64,000 nt of DNA from Tissierellia bacterium (GCA_036720245.1 DAIMNI010000001.1:33053-97052); one strand, 5' to 3'. Positions 1 through 11,181 are shown, counted from the first letter of the stretch. The notes: generated by a model from the letters alone, not told the origin. Made by a program: numbers and translations.

Positions 1-503
1 GCTTCTGTTAATAAATAATCTTTACTTCCTAATTTGACATTTCCACCAATTTCATCTAATTTTCCACCTAATAATATTGTAGGATTTAAAATGGAACGGT
101 TTAATATAGTAGCAATCATACTAGTCGTCGTAGTTTTACCATGGGTACCAGATATGGCAATGGAATTTGTATAATTTTTCATTAATGCACCTAAAAAAGT
201 AGCCCTATCCACAGTAGGAATACCCTTATTTTGTGCCGCTTCCAATTCAACATTGTCCATAGAAATGGCATCTGTATATACTATTAAATCCGCATCCCCA
301 ATATTGGCCTCATTGTGATTTATGTATATATCAACTCCTAAGGATTTTAATCTTTCTACTATATGGCTATTGTTTGCATCTGAACCGGAAACCTTATAGC
401 CTTCTGTCAATAAAATTTCCGCTAAACCACTCATACTAATTCCCCCTATTCCTATAAAGTGAATATGTGAGTATTTATGGTCTTTTATGCAAAATGTAAA
501 CAT
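1..503 (-). CDS. murC: UDP-N-acetylmuramate--L-alanine ligase MurC, N-terminal part (C-terminus lies beyond the window edge)
   Basis: Own reverse-strand translation: ATG at 503-501 behind an aggaggt RBS, then [42 protein letters not shown] ... [16 protein letters not shown] (Mur-ligase Rossmann fold and GKT P-loop). The frame is open at the window edge, so it is absent from the ORF track. Confidence 0.85.
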   Translation of the reverse strand, partial: MFTFCIKDHKYSHIHFIGIGGISMSGLAEILLTEGYKVSGSDANNSHIVERLKSLGVDIYINHNEANIGDADLIVYTDAISMDNVELEAAQNKGIPTVDRATFLGALMKNYTNSIAISGTHGKTTTTSMIATILNRSILNPTILLGGKLDEIGGNVKLGSKDYLLTE

Positions 504-736
504 AAATTTACCTCCTAGATTTTTATTAAATAATTTCATTTCTATTATTACCAAATTATATATTTTATATTATCTTATTCTGGCTATATAATTTTGCCAC
601 TGTTTGATTATATCATATTATTTTTCTAATAAAAAGGCAATAAAAAAGGATAATTATATTATTAAGTAAAAATAATAGCATAAATGAAGTAAAATGGAAA
701 CAATCTTTAAAAAAGATAAAATATTTTTAAAAATAA

Positions 737-764
737 GAAGGACTTTATTGAAAGCATATAGAAT
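737..764 (+). promoter_or_regulatory. sigma-H-like promoter upstream of spoVG
   Basis: GAAGGACTT (737-745), 12-nt spacer, ATAGAAT (758-764). This fits my recollection of the sigma-H consensus RnAGGAwWW-N11-12-RnnGAAT. B. subtilis spoVG is a classical sigma-H gene. Confidence 0.4.
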
Positions 765-817
765 ACATTAAATATTCAGTACTTTTTTCAAATGACTTCT
801 AGGGAAGGTGGTGAATT

Positions 818-1090
818 TTGACCGTGAAGATAACTGACGTAAGAATTAGAAAAGTTCAAGAAGAAGGTAAAATGAAAGCTATTGTCTCTATAACTTTTGA
901 TAATGAGTTTGTGGTCCACGATATAAAAATAATTGATGGACAAAATGGTTTATTTGTAGCAATGCCTAGTAGAAAAATGGCAGATGGAGAATTTAGAGAT
1001 ATTGCCCATCCCATTAATGCAGAAACTAGGAAAAAGATTCAAGATGCAATTTTTGAAGAATATGACAAAGTATTATTATCAGTGGAATAA
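818..1090 (+). CDS. spoVG: septation/sporulation regulator SpoVG
   Basis: TTG start behind a [25 protein letters not shown]...[29 protein letters not shown] is the conserved SpoVG core. It sits in the conserved position before glmU-prs. Confidence 0.95.
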   Translation: MTVKITDVRIRKVQEEGKMKAIVSITFDNEFVVHDIKIIDGQNGLFVAMPSRKMADGEFRDIAHPINAETRKKIQDAIFEEYDKVLLSVE

Positions 1091-1116
1091 AGGGACTAAA
1101 AGTCCTTTTTTATTTT
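1089..1116 (+). terminator. intrinsic terminator after spoVG
   Basis: Hairpin aagggact-aaa-agtccttt followed by a T-run. Confidence 0.6.
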
Positions 1117-1217
1117 TAAAAAAAAGATTTTTTAAAAAAATTCCCTTTTATTGTAGACATATAGTTTAAATAGGTTAAAATATAATTTGGATAGAAAATT
1201 TAAAACGAGGTGTTAAT

Positions 1218-2606
1218 ATGAATATTTCCATTATATTGGCAGCAGGGGAAGGGATCAGAATGAGATCTGATACTCCTAAAGTATTACATAAAATATGTGG
1301 AAAACCTATTTTAGAATATGTAATAGATGCTAGTAGATTTGCCAATGTAGACAAAAGCTATGTAATAGTAGGTCATGGTGGGGAGGAAGTTAGGGAAAAT
1401 TTTAAGGATAAAGATATAGTATTTAAAACTCAATCTATAGGTGAAGAATTCCCCTATGGTACAGGCTATGCTGTGATGCAAGCTATAGACTATGTAGAAG
1501 ACGATGATAATGTAATTATACTATATGGGGATGCCCCACTAATAAGCCCTAAAACCATAGAAAATTTATTGAAATACCATAATGAGAATCAATATATGGG
1601 AACAGTATTAACTGCAATAGTAGAAGACCCTACAGGATATGGTAGAATTGTTAGGGGTGAAAATGGAGAAATTTTAAAAATTGTAGAACATAAGGATGCT
1701 ACAGAAGATGAGTTGAAAATTAAGGAAATAAATTCCGGCATATATTGTTTTAATGGGAAGAATTTAAAAGAAGCCTTAGCTAAAATTGATAATAATAATG
1801 CTCAGGGAGAGTACTATATTACTGATGTAATATCTATATTAAAGGATAAGGGAGAAAATGTAGGAGTATTTTTAATAGACAATCCAGATGAAATCTATGG
1901 GATAAATTCTAGAGTTCAATTGGCTTTTTGTGAAAAAATCATGAGAAACAGAATTAATCAAAAATATATGGATGAAGGCATTACTATTATAAATCCAGAA
2001 AATACCTATATAGAATTAGGTGCAAAAATAGGTAGGGATAGTATAATATATCCAGGAGCTATAATTACAAAGGGTACTATTATAGGAGAAGAATGCATTA
2101 TAGGGGAGAATTCCCGAATAGAAAATAGTAAAATTGGCAATAAAGTTCATATATATAGTTCTACTATTACAGATAGTATTGTAGAGGATAAATGTAGTAT
2201 AGGCCCTTATGCACATTTGAGGCCTAATAGCCATTTAAAAAACAATGTCCATATAGGCAATTTTGTAGAAGTTAAGAATTCTACAATTGGAGATAATTCT
2301 AAGGCAGGGCATTTAGCCTATATTGGAGATGCAAATGTAGGGAAAAATGTAAATATTGGTTGTGGTGTAATATTTGTAAATTATAATGGTCAGGAAAAAT
2401 TTAGAACTATAGTAGAGGACAATGCCTTTGTTGGGTCTAATGCTAATTTAGTTGCTCCAGTTGTAGTTAGAGAATGGGGCTATGTAGCAGCTGGTTCCAC
2501 CATTACTGATGAAGTAAAAGAAGGTAATTTATCTATCGCCAGAGCTCGTCAAGTCAATAAAGAGAATTGGGTAGATAAAAAAGGATATAGAACAGCTAAA
2601 GAATAA
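1218..2606 (+). CDS. glmU: bifunctional UDP-GlcNAc pyrophosphorylase / GlcN-1-P acetyltransferase GlmU
   Basis: N-terminal LAAGEGIRMRSDTPKVLH nucleotidyltransferase motif and a C-terminal left-handed beta-helix of hexapeptide repeats. 462 aa. Confidence 0.95.
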   Translation: MNISIILAAGEGIRMRSDTPKVLHKICGKPILEYVIDASRFANVDKSYVIVGHGGEEVRENFKDKDIVFKTQSIGEEFPYGTGYAVMQAIDYVEDDDNVIILYGDAPLISPKTIENLLKYHNENQYMGTVLTAIVEDPTGYGRIVRGENGEILKIVEHKDATEDELKIKEINSGIYCFNGKNLKEALAKIDNNNAQGEYYITDVISILKDKGENVGVFLIDNPDEIYGINSRVQLAFCEKIMRNRINQKYMDEGITIINPENTYIELGAKIGRDSIIYPGAIITKGTIIGEECIIGENSRIENSKIGNKVHIYSSTITDSIVEDKCSIGPYAHLRPNSHLKNNVHIGNFVEVKNSTIGDNSKAGHLAYIGDANVGKNVNIGCGVIFVNYNGQEKFRTIVEDNAFVGSNANLVAPVVVREWGYVAAGSTITDEVKEGNLSIARARQVNKENWVDKKGYRTAKE

Positions 2607-2624
2607 ATTTTAGGAGGATTTAAA

Positions 2625-3572
2625 ATGGACTTTATGAGGGGCAAAATTAAAATATTTTCAGGAAATGCAAATAAAAAATTAGCAGAGGATATATGTGAGG
2701 AGTTAGGGGTACCTCTTGGCTGTTGTGAAGTAGGGAAATTTAGTGATGGAGAAATCTTCGTAAATATAGACGAAACAGCAAGGGGCTCAGATGTGTTTAT
2801 CATTCAACCTACCTGTTCTCCAGTAAACGACAATTTAATGGAAGTGCTAATATTAGTAGATGCATTAAAAAGGGCATCAGTTGGTAGAATTAACGCTGTA
2901 ATTCCATATTATGGCTATGCAAGGCAAGATAGAAAGACAAAGGCAAGAGAACCTATTACTGCAAAACTTGTAGCGGATTTACTAACTGTGGCTGGTGTAG
3001 ACAGAGTTGTTGCAATGGACTTACATGCTGGTCAAATTCAAGGATACTTTAATATTCCAGTAGACCATTTATCTGGGGTGCCAATTTTAGCTCAGCATTT
3101 CAAAGGAATAGTAGATGAAGAAACTGTAATAGTATCTCCAGATTTAGGTGGAGTAACTAGGGCTAGAAATTTTGCAAATTTATTAGATTTGTCTATCGCA
3201 ATCATTGAAAAGAGAAGGCCTAAAGCAAACGTTTCAGAAGTTATGAATGTTATAGGGGATATTGAAGGGAAAAACGTAGTAATAGTAGATGATATAATAG
3301 ATACTGCTGGTACTATTACTAAAGCTGCAGAGGTATTAAAAAACTTTGGTGCTAAATCTGTTTATGCTTGTGCAACTCACCCTGTATTATCAGGACCTGC
3401 TGTTAGTAGAATAGAATCTTCTGTTATAGAGAGATTTATAATAACAGACACTATTCCTACAGTAAAAGAAAACAATGGTAGTAAAATAGAAGTAGTTAGT
3501 GTAGCACCTATATTTGCAGAAGCCATTAAGAGAATTCATGAAAATGAATCTGTAAGTATATTATTTAATTAG
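2625..3572 (+). CDS. prs: ribose-phosphate pyrophosphokinase
   Basis: AGGAGG RBS. KIFSGNANKKLAEDI, YYGYARQDRK and the PRPP loop VIVDDIIDTAGT. Confidence 0.95.
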   Translation: MDFMRGKIKIFSGNANKKLAEDICEELGVPLGCCEVGKFSDGEIFVNIDETARGSDVFIIQPTCSPVNDNLMEVLILVDALKRASVGRINAVIPYYGYARQDRKTKAREPITAKLVADLLTVAGVDRVVAMDLHAGQIQGYFNIPVDHLSGVPILAQHFKGIVDEETVIVSPDLGGVTRARNFANLLDLSIAIIEKRRPKANVSEVMNVIGDIEGKNVVIVDDIIDTAGTITKAAEVLKNFGAKSVYACATHPVLSGPAVSRIESSVIERFIITDTIPTVKENNGSKIEVVSVAPIFAEAIKRIHENESVSILFN

Positions 3573-3587
3573 TTGGAAGGTGATATA

Positions 3588-4145
3588 TTGATAGCTATTA
3601 TTGGGCTAGGGAATCCTGGTAGGGAATATAGAGATACCAGGCATAATATTGGCTTTAAAACTATAGATTTATTAGCCCATAGAAACAATATTAAAATAAA
3701 TAAAATAAAGTTTAAATCTGTATATGGAGAAGGATTTATAAATGGAGAAAAAGTATTATTTGTAAAACCTCAAACTTATATGAATAATAGTGGTATAGCA
3801 GTAATGGAATTATTTAATTTTTATAAAATCCCTATCCAAAATATAATTGTAATAGTAGACGATATAGATATAGAATTTGGAAGTATTAGAATTAAGAAAA
3901 AGGGAAGTGCAGGTACCCATAATGGCTTAAAGTCTATTATTTATCACTTGCAAGACGACAATTTTCCTAGAGTAAAAATTGGCATAGGAGAAAAAAGAGA
4001 AAGACAAGATTTAGCAGATTTTGTATTAAGTAAATTTTCAAAAGAAGAAAGTGAAAAAATAGAAACAGCAATACAAGATGCTGCATTAGCTGTAGAAACC
4101 ATAGTAAAAGATGGAATAGATATTGCTATGAATAAATTTAATTAA
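3588..4145 (+). CDS. pth: peptidyl-tRNA hydrolase
   Basis: LIAIIGLGNPG...TRHNIGF motif. I prefer the TTG at 3588 (GGAAGGTG RBS 3574-3581) over the track start at 3573. Confidence 0.9.
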   Translation: MIAIIGLGNPGREYRDTRHNIGFKTIDLLAHRNNIKINKIKFKSVYGEGFINGEKVLFVKPQTYMNNSGIAVMELFNFYKIPIQNIIVIVDDIDIEFGSIRIKKKGSAGTHNGLKSIIYHLQDDNFPRVKIGIGEKRERQDLADFVLSKFSKEESEKIETAIQDAALAVETIVKDGIDIAMNKFN

Positions 4146-4149
4146 AATA

Positions 4150-4181
4150 CCTTAAGCCTAGGACAAATCCTAGGCTTAAGG
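4150..4181 (+). terminator. perfect 14-bp stem hairpin between pth and mfd (weak U tract)
   Basis: ccttaagcctagga-caaa-tcctaggcttaagg. No clear T-run follows, so it may be a partial terminator or an RNA-processing/stability element. Confidence 0.35.
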
Positions 4182-4204
4182 GGATTTATCCTAGGAGTGA
4201 TAAT

Positions 4205-7200
4205 GTGGAAAATATGTTTATAGCCCCATTAAAAAATTTACTTCCCTATAAAAATTTATTAAAGGATATAGAAAACAATAAAACGCCTATTTCCACCCAT
4301 GGAATTATAGAAGAAGGTATAGGCCATATTGTCTATGCCTTAAATCAATGTACCAATAAGCAAATTTTATTAATTACTCATAATGAAAATAGGGCTAAAA
4401 AAATTTACGAGGATATAAAAACCTTTAATGGGGAAGAGGTAGAAATATTTCCTTCTAGGGAGATGCTTTTTTATAAAATTGATGCCATTAGTACTGATAG
4501 ACTTAATCAAAGATTAAAAGTGCTTTCTAGATTGGTTCAGGGAGAAAATATTATTTTAGTAGCATCTATAGAAGGGCTTTTAGATAGGCTAATGAATCCA
4601 GATTTATTTCAGGAAAATAGCATTGCTATAAATTTAGACAACAGTATTAATCTAGAAAAATTAGGAGATGCACTTATATATTGTGGTTATGAGAGGGAAA
4701 ACATGGTAGAAGGGATAGGACAATTTAGTATAAGGGGAGGAATAATCGATATATTTCCGCCCAATAATGATTATCCCTATAGAATTGAACTATTTGGCGA
4801 TGAAGTAGATTCCATTAGAACCTTTGATATAGAAAGTCAAAGGTCTTTGGAAAATCTTTCAGAGGTTTTCATATGTCCTTCCAAGGAGATTCTAATATTA
4901 AATGAATTTAGAAATGGAATTATAAAGAATTTAAAAGATGATTTGGGAAAAACCACAAAAAATTTAAAAAAAGGTTCTAAAACTAGAATGAATATGGAAG
5001 ATAAGTTTCAGGAAATTCTAGAGAAATTAGATGAAAAACTTTATATTTCCAATATAGATCTACTAATTCCCTATATGGCTAAAAATAGTTTATCTAATTT
5101 ATTAAATTATTTAAAAGAAGACAGTATAGTATTTATAGATGAACCCCAAAGAATTGAGGAAAAAAGTGATGTTCTAAAAGAAGAGTTTAACTATGAAATT
5201 GTAGACAAATTAGATGCTGGGGAAATCTTATCTTCTCACGGCAAAATAAAATTAGACTATATGGATATTTTAAAGGAGACCAAGAGAAAAATTACTATAG
5301 TAAATACAGAATTACTTAAACAAAGCTCATATTTTCAACCGCAATCTATATTGAACTTTTCCTCTAAATCCGTTCAGTCTTTTCATAATGATTTAGAATT
5401 TTTAAAAGAAGAATTAGAGTATCATAAATATAGAGGCTATAAAACCATAATCTTTTCTGGTACAGAAGATAGGGGTAAAAGATTGCAGGAGGCCTTAATG
5501 GATTTAAATCTAGAAACCCTATATGTAGAAGATAGTGCAAGGGAAATTAAATCCAGTGAAGTATTTATTACCCCAGGTAATATCAATGGGGGATTTGAAT
5601 ATCCTCATATCAAATTATTATTTATTTCTGATAAAGAAATATATGGCTCTAGCAAGGAAAGGCGTAGAAAAGAAAAAAGAAAAAAGCCTTCTACTATATC
5701 CTTTTCTGATTTAAATCCTGGAGATTTTGTAGTCCATGAAAACCATGGAATAGGGCAATACAAAGGTATAGAACAAATTGATATTCAAGGCATAAAAAAG
5801 GATTATCTCACTATTAATTATAAAGGTGGAGACAAATTATATGTGCCTACAGATCAAATGAATTTAATTCAAAAATATATAGGTTCGGACTCCATCAAAC
5901 CAAAAGTTAATAGACTTAGTAGCTCAGACTGGCTTAAAACCAAAACAAAGGCTAAAAAAGCAGTGGAAGACATGGCAGTAGATTTATTAGAATTATATGC
6001 TAAAAGAGAAAGTCTAAAAGGCTTTGCTTTTTCGCCAGATACCCCATGGCAAAATCAATTTGAAGATTTTTTCCCCTATGAAGAAACAGATGGCCAAATT
6101 AGATCGAGTATAGAAATTAAAGAGGATATGGAAAAACCTAAGCCTATGGATAGATTATTGTGTGGAGATGTAGGCTATGGGAAAACTGAAGTGGCCTTAA
6201 GGGCTGCATTTAAGGCAGTAATGGATGGAAAACAGGTGGCATTTTTAGTACCTACAACTATATTAGCACAACAGCATTATAATACTATGATAGAGAGATT
6301 TGAAAATTTCCCCATAGAAATAGGCATGTTAAGTAGATTTAGAACCCCTAAACAACAAAAAAACACCATAGATGGCTTAAGAATTGGCACTGTGGATATT
6401 GTCATAGGCACCCATAGATTATTATCTAAGGATGTGGTATTTAAAGATTTAGGGCTACTTATAGTAGATGAAGAGCAAAGATTTGGTGTTAAACATAAGG
6501 AAAGATTAAAACAATTAAAGGAAAATGTAGATGTATTAACCTTAACCGCTACCCCTATTCCTAGAACTCTTCATATGTCTTTAATTGGCATTAGGGATAT
6601 GTCTGTAATAGAAGACCCTCCAGAGGAAAGGTACCCTGTGCAAACCTATGTAGTAGAGTTTAACGAGCAAATCGTAAGAGAGGCTATATTAAAGGAAATA
6701 GAAAGGGGAGGGCAGGTATATTTTGTCTATAATAGGGTTGGTACTATAGATAAAATGGCTGCTGAATTAAAGGAATTAGTTCCAGAGGCAAGTATTGGTA
6801 TAGGTCATGGTCAGATGACTGAAAGAGAACTAGAAAATGTAATGTTAGACTTTATAGAAGGAGAATACAATGTATTAGTATGTACTACCATTATAGAAAC
6901 TGGTTTAGATATACAAAATGTAAATACCATAATCATATATAATGCCGACAAAATGGGATTGTCTCAGTTATATCAATTAAGAGGTAGAGTAGGTAGGACT
7001 AATAGATTAGCCTATGCTTATTTTACCTACGAAAAAGATAAAGTTTTAACAGAGGTTGCTGAAAAAAGACTTAGAGCAATTAAAGATTTTACCGAATTTG
7101 GTTCAGGCTTTAAAGTGGCTATGAGGGATTTAGAGATTAGAGGAGCAGGGAATCTCCTAGGAGTGGCACAACATGGTCATATTGAATCCATAGGATATGA

Positions 7201-7720
7201 TTTATATGTTAAATTTTTAAATGAAAGTATTAAAAGACTAAAAGGAGAACCTTTAGAGGAAAAAATTGAAACTACAATAGATTTAAATGTAGATGGGTAT
7301 ATTCCAAATTCATATATTGAAGATGGAAAACAAAAAATTGAAATATATAAAAAGATTGCAGCTATAGATAATTTAGAAAACTATGGGGAATTAGTAGATG
7401 AATTAATAGATAGATATGGAGATATACCAAAAGAGGTGGAAAATCTAATGGATATTTCCTATATTAAAAACAATGGAAGCAAAGCCTATATTAATAATAT
7501 ATATCAATTAGAAAATATATTAGTACTGGAATTTAGCTCTATAAATAAAATAGCTCCTGATTTAGTTCATTATTTATCAGAAAGCTATGGTAGAAAGATG
7601 AATTTTGACTTATCTAATTCTCCTAAATTTAAATATAGATATAATGGAAATATCCTTTTGGAATTAAAAGAAATAATTGAAAAAATAAACAGTTTTAATG
7701 ATAAGAAAAATCATATATAA
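4205..7720 (+). CDS. mfd: transcription-repair coupling factor Mfd
   Basis: 1171 aa. UvrB-homology N-terminus, CarD-like FVVHENHGIGQY, superfamily-2 helicase motifs (GDVGYGKTEVA, DEEQRFG, TATPIPRT) and a TRG motif region. Confidence 0.95.
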   Translation: MENMFIAPLKNLLPYKNLLKDIENNKTPISTHGIIEEGIGHIVYALNQCTNKQILLITHNENRAKKIYEDIKTFNGEEVEIFPSREMLFYKIDAISTDRLNQRLKVLSRLVQGENIILVASIEGLLDRLMNPDLFQENSIAINLDNSINLEKLGDALIYCGYERENMVEGIGQFSIRGGIIDIFPPNNDYPYRIELFGDEVDSIRTFDIESQRSLENLSEVFICPSKEILILNEFRNGIIKNLKDDLGKTTKNLKKGSKTRMNMEDKFQEILEKLDEKLYISNIDLLIPYMAKNSLSNLLNYLKEDSIVFIDEPQRIEEKSDVLKEEFNYEIVDKLDAGEILSSHGKIKLDYMDILKETKRKITIVNTELLKQSSYFQPQSILNFSSKSVQSFHNDLEFLKEELEYHKYRGYKTIIFSGTEDRGKRLQEALMDLNLETLYVEDSAREIKSSEVFITPGNINGGFEYPHIKLLFISDKEIYGSSKERRRKEKRKKPSTISFSDLNPGDFVVHENHGIGQYKGIEQIDIQGIKKDYLTINYKGGDKLYVPTDQMNLIQKYIGSDSIKPKVNRLSSSDWLKTKTKAKKAVEDMAVDLLELYAKRESLKGFAFSPDTPWQNQFEDFFPYEETDGQIRSSIEIKEDMEKPKPMDRLLCGDVGYGKTEVALRAAFKAVMDGKQVAFLVPTTILAQQHYNTMIERFENFPIEIGMLSRFRTPKQQKNTIDGLRIGTVDIVIGTHRLLSKDVVFKDLGLLIVDEEQRFGVKHKERLKQLKENVDVLTLTATPIPRTLHMSLIGIRDMSVIEDPPEERYPVQTYVVEFNEQIVREAILKEIERGGQVYFVYNRVGTIDKMAAELKELVPEASIGIGHGQMTERELENVMLDFIEGEYNVLVCTTIIETGLDIQNVNTIIIYNADKMGLSQLYQLRGRVGRTNRLAYAYFTYEKDKVLTEVAEKRLRAIKDFTEFGSGFKVAMRDLEIRGAGNLLGVAQHGHIESIGYDLYVKFLNESIKRLKGEPLEEKIETTIDLNVDGYIPNSYIEDGKQKIEIYKKIAAIDNLENYGELVDELIDRYGDIPKEVENLMDISYIKNNGSKAYINNIYQLENILVLEFSSINKIAPDLVHYLSESYGRKMNFDLSNSPKFKYRYNGNILLELKEIIEKINSFNDKKNHI

Positions 7721-7757
7721 TATAGTATAGATATACTTTATAGAGAGGATGTTTTAA

Positions 7758-8702
7758 TTGACAGTAAGAAATAAAAAACTCATATTTTTAATTGTAATAG
7801 TTAGCATAATATCCTTAACTATTTCTGCTTGTCAAGGTGAAAAAGAGGGCTTAGTAGCTAAAGTAAATGGAGAAGGAATAACTGAGGAGGATTTTGAAAG
7901 GGAACTTAATATAGTTAAGGAATCGAAAAAGATGGAATATGGAGAGGATATATTCTCCGAATCCTCTGAGGGGGATGAAATTTTAGAAGAGCTTAAAAAA
8001 AATGTATTAAACAAATTAATTATTGAAAAGTTAATACTAGAAGAAGCAAAAGAAATGAATATCTCAGTTTCTAATGAGGAAATAGATGAAGAAATTAAAA
8101 ACTATAAAGAAGAACTAGGTGGAGAAAAGCAATATCAGGCCTTTATGGAGAAAAACAATTTTTCTGAAGAATTTTTAAGAGAGTATTTTAAAAAACAATT
8201 AATGTTTGAAAAACATAGGGAAAATTTCTTAGATAAAACTACTATATCTGAAGAAGAATCTAGAAAATACTTTGAAGATCATAAGGAAAATTTTATGGAA
8301 GTTAAGGCAAGCCATATATTAGTTAAAACAGAAGCTGAAGGTAAAGAAATATTAAAAAGACTTAAGAATGGTGAGGATTTTGGAAATTTAGCCAAAGAAA
8401 AATCCCTAGACAATGCTACTGCATATAAGGGCGGAGATTTAGGCTATTTTACTAAAGAAGGAGAGATGGCTTTAGCAGATCAATATAAAATACTTAGTGA
8501 TACAGCTTTTGCTTTAGATAAAGGTGAAATAAGCGATGTATTAGAAACTGTTTTAGGCTATCATATTATTTTAGTAGAAGACAAAAAGGATAGTTATGAA
8601 GCATTAAAAGATAAAGTAGAATTAGCTTTGAAGAAGGAAAAGCATGATGAAGAGATTTCTAGACTATGGTCAGAGGCAAAAATAAAAATTTATGTAGATT
8701 AA
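7758..8702 (+). CDS. PrsA-like parvulin peptidyl-prolyl isomerase lipoprotein
   Basis: Signal peptide with lipobox LTISAC, a SurA-N-like helical region, and the PpiC rotamase block ASHILVK...GGDLGYF...GYHII. Confidence 0.8.
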   Translation: MTVRNKKLIFLIVIVSIISLTISACQGEKEGLVAKVNGEGITEEDFERELNIVKESKKMEYGEDIFSESSEGDEILEELKKNVLNKLIIEKLILEEAKEMNISVSNEEIDEEIKNYKEELGGEKQYQAFMEKNNFSEEFLREYFKKQLMFEKHRENFLDKTTISEEESRKYFEDHKENFMEVKASHILVKTEAEGKEILKRLKNGEDFGNLAKEKSLDNATAYKGGDLGYFTKEGEMALADQYKILSDTAFALDKGEISDVLETVLGYHIILVEDKKDSYEALKDKVELALKKEKHDEEISRLWSEAKIKIYVD

Positions 8703-8797
8703 TGTAAATACTTTAAGTTAAACTTACCATAAATGTATAAAAAATTCCTATTAGTAAAATAATAATGGCACAACAAATTTTCTTAAGGAGGGAAGAA

Positions 8798-9349
8798 ATG
8801 AAGGCTACTGGAATAGTCAGACGTATAGATGACTTAGGTCGAGTTGTAATACCTAAAGAAATTAGAAGGACCTTGAGAATAAGAGAAGGAGATCCATTAG
8901 AAATTTTTACTGATAGAGAAGGTGAAGTAATATTAAAAAAATACTCTCCTATTGGAGAACTCACAGAATTCGCCAATGAATTTTGTGAATCCTTGTATGA
9001 AACTACAAATTATGTAGCTATTATTTCCGATAGGGATAGAATAATTGCAATAGCAGGGGGTTCTAAAAAGGAATATTTAGAAAAGAGAATAAGTCCTGAA
9101 TTAGAAAAAATAATGGAATCTAGAAATACTTATATTGCAAAAGACGATATGAAACCTATGAAAGTGTTTTATGAGGATACAAATAATGAAGAGTATACAG
9201 CACAAATAATAGCACCAATAATTATGCAAGGTGATCCTATAGGTACTGTAATTTTAGTTTCAAAGGATAGTGATGCTATTATGGGAGAAAGTGAAGTTAA
9301 AGTAACAGAGATTGCAGCAGGATTTTTAGCGAAACAAATGGAGAACTAA
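8798..9349 (+). CDS. spoVT: stage V sporulation transcription factor SpoVT (AbrB-type)
   Basis: MKATGIVRRIDDLGRVVIPKEIRRTLRIREGDPLEIF swapped-hairpin AbrB domain plus a GAF-like C-domain. I prefer the ATG at 8798 (GGAGGGAAG RBS) over the track start at 8765. Confidence 0.9.
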   Translation: MKATGIVRRIDDLGRVVIPKEIRRTLRIREGDPLEIFTDREGEVILKKYSPIGELTEFANEFCESLYETTNYVAIISDRDRIIAIAGGSKKEYLEKRISPELEKIMESRNTYIAKDDMKPMKVFYEDTNNEEYTAQIIAPIIMQGDPIGTVILVSKDSDAIMGESEVKVTEIAAGFLAKQMEN

Positions 9350-9354
9350 AATTA

Positions 9355-9397
9355 AGCCTACCAAATTTGGTAACAATTTGGTAGGCTGTATTGTTTT
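9355..9397 (+). terminator. intrinsic terminator after spoVT
   Basis: 13-bp stem agcctaccaaatt / aatttggtaggct, then a T-rich tail. Confidence 0.6.
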
Positions 9398-9548
9398 AAG
9401 TGAAAGGTATGATATAATGTTTTTTTGTAAATAAAAATCTACTTTTTAAGAATAATAATATAAAATAATAAATTAGATTGCCAATTTATCTGTTTTGAGT
9501 GATTTATTTTGGTATAATAGTTTTAATTAATCTTTAGGGGGAAAAAGA

Positions 9549-11156
9549 ATGAGTAAAGATAATTTTTTAAAAGGGGCAGCTATTTTAGGAATTGCAGGTG
9601 CCATTGTAAAGATACTTGGAGCTTTTTATAGGATACCCCTTAACAATATATTGGGGAGTGAAGGAATAGGATATTATCAAACAGCCTATCCCCTATATGT
9701 ATTGTTATTAACCATATCTACTGCAGGTTTTCCAGTGGCTATTGCAAAATTAGTTTCAGAAAAAAGGGCCATAGGAAACCATAAAGCTGCTCACAAGGCC
9801 TTTAAAGTGGCTTTTTTAGGAATGTTAATTGCAGGAATCTTGACTTCCATTTTTGTATTTACTAATGCAAAAAATATAGTTACTAAATGGGAAAATCCAG
9901 ATGCATATTATGCTTTAATAGCTTTAGTACCAGCATTATTTTTTGTACCAATTATGTCTGCCTTTAGAGGATATTTTCAGGGAAGGCAAACTATGACACC
10001 CACAGCACTATCCCAAATTATAGAACAGCTTTTTAGGGTCATAGCAGGCCTAATGCTAACTTATTATCTATTAGACATGGGTTTGCCTATTGCAGCAGGA
10101 GGAGCATCATTTGGTGGCTCTATAGGGGCTTTTGCAGGGGCATTGGCTATGACAATAATATATTTCTCTAAAAGGGGAGAAATAAAAAAGGAAGTAGAAA
10201 CTAGCATTGGAGAAGAAGAAAGTGTAGAAAAGATAGTAAAAGATTTGTTAATTATAGCAATTCCCATAACCATAGGTGCTGCCATTGTACCCATAATGAA
10301 CTCTATAGATGCATTTTTAGTATTTAGAAGATTAGAAAGTGTAGGTTTTAGCAAAACCGAGGCTAATTCCTTATTTGGTCAATTAACAGGTCATGCTCAA
10401 ACTTTAATAAATTTACCCTTAATTTTCTCTACGGCATTATCCATATCTTTAGTACCTACCATATCCATGGCCCATACTAAAAAGAACTATGGAGAGATAA
10501 GAGAGGCTGCATCTTCAAGTATGAGAATAACTTTGCTTATAGGATTACCAGCTGCCTTTGGATTATTTATATTAGCAGAGCCAATTATAGGATTATTATA
10601 TTATAAACTTAGTCCAGCAGAAATAATAAATACAGGGAAAATACTTTCAATATTATCTTTTGGAGTAATATTTTTAACCTTAGTTCAATCTCTAACTGCT
10701 ACACTACAAGGTCTAGGTAGGCCAGTAGTCCCTGTAGCCAATTTAGCCGTAGGGGCTTTCGTCAAAGTAGTTTTAACTTATATTTTAACAGGCATTAGAA
10801 GTGTTAATGTAAAAGGTGCAGCTTTATCCACAGTAGTAGCATATTTTATAGCTGCAATACTTGACTTAATAGCTGTTAAAAAGTATACTAGAGTAAAATT
10901 AAACAAAATTGAGGTCTTTATCAAGCCTCTAATTTCTGCCCTTGGGATGGCCTTAGCTGCTAAATTTCTTTATTTAGGTTTATTGGGTATAGTTGGAAGC
11001 AAATTGGCTACAGTAATAGCTATAATCATAGCTGCAATAGTTTATTTTATACTTCTTTTATTAACCGGTTCACTAAACTATGAAGATGTGGTTTTATTGA
11101 CTAATGGAGAAAAAATAGCTAAGAAATTAAATAAACTTGGTATACTTAAAAAGTAA
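9549..11156 (+). CDS. spoVB: MOP/MurJ-superfamily flippase, SpoVB-like
   Basis: 535 aa and about 14 TM segments. N-terminal FLKGAAILGIAGAIVKILGAFYRIPL is typical of SpoVB/polysaccharide-biosynthesis flippases. Conserved position after spoVT. Confidence 0.75.
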   Translation: MSKDNFLKGAAILGIAGAIVKILGAFYRIPLNNILGSEGIGYYQTAYPLYVLLLTISTAGFPVAIAKLVSEKRAIGNHKAAHKAFKVAFLGMLIAGILTSIFVFTNAKNIVTKWENPDAYYALIALVPALFFVPIMSAFRGYFQGRQTMTPTALSQIIEQLFRVIAGLMLTYYLLDMGLPIAAGGASFGGSIGAFAGALAMTIIYFSKRGEIKKEVETSIGEEESVEKIVKDLLIIAIPITIGAAIVPIMNSIDAFLVFRRLESVGFSKTEANSLFGQLTGHAQTLINLPLIFSTALSISLVPTISMAHTKKNYGEIREAASSSMRITLLIGLPAAFGLFILAEPIIGLLYYKLSPAEIINTGKILSILSFGVIFLTLVQSLTATLQGLGRPVVPVANLAVGAFVKVVLTYILTGIRSVNVKGAALSTVVAYFIAAILDLIAVKKYTRVKLNKIEVFIKPLISALGMALAAKFLYLGLLGIVGSKLATVIAIIIAAIVYFILLLLTGSLNYEDVVLLTNGEKIAKKLNKLGILKK

Positions 11157-11181
11157 TTTTAAACATAAGGAGTTAATATAT

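Noticed and set aside
984-1169. 61-aa plus-strand ORF overlapping the spoVG 3' end
   Set aside because: It is out of frame with spoVG, runs through the spoVG terminator, has no RBS and is lysine/phenylalanine-rich junk.
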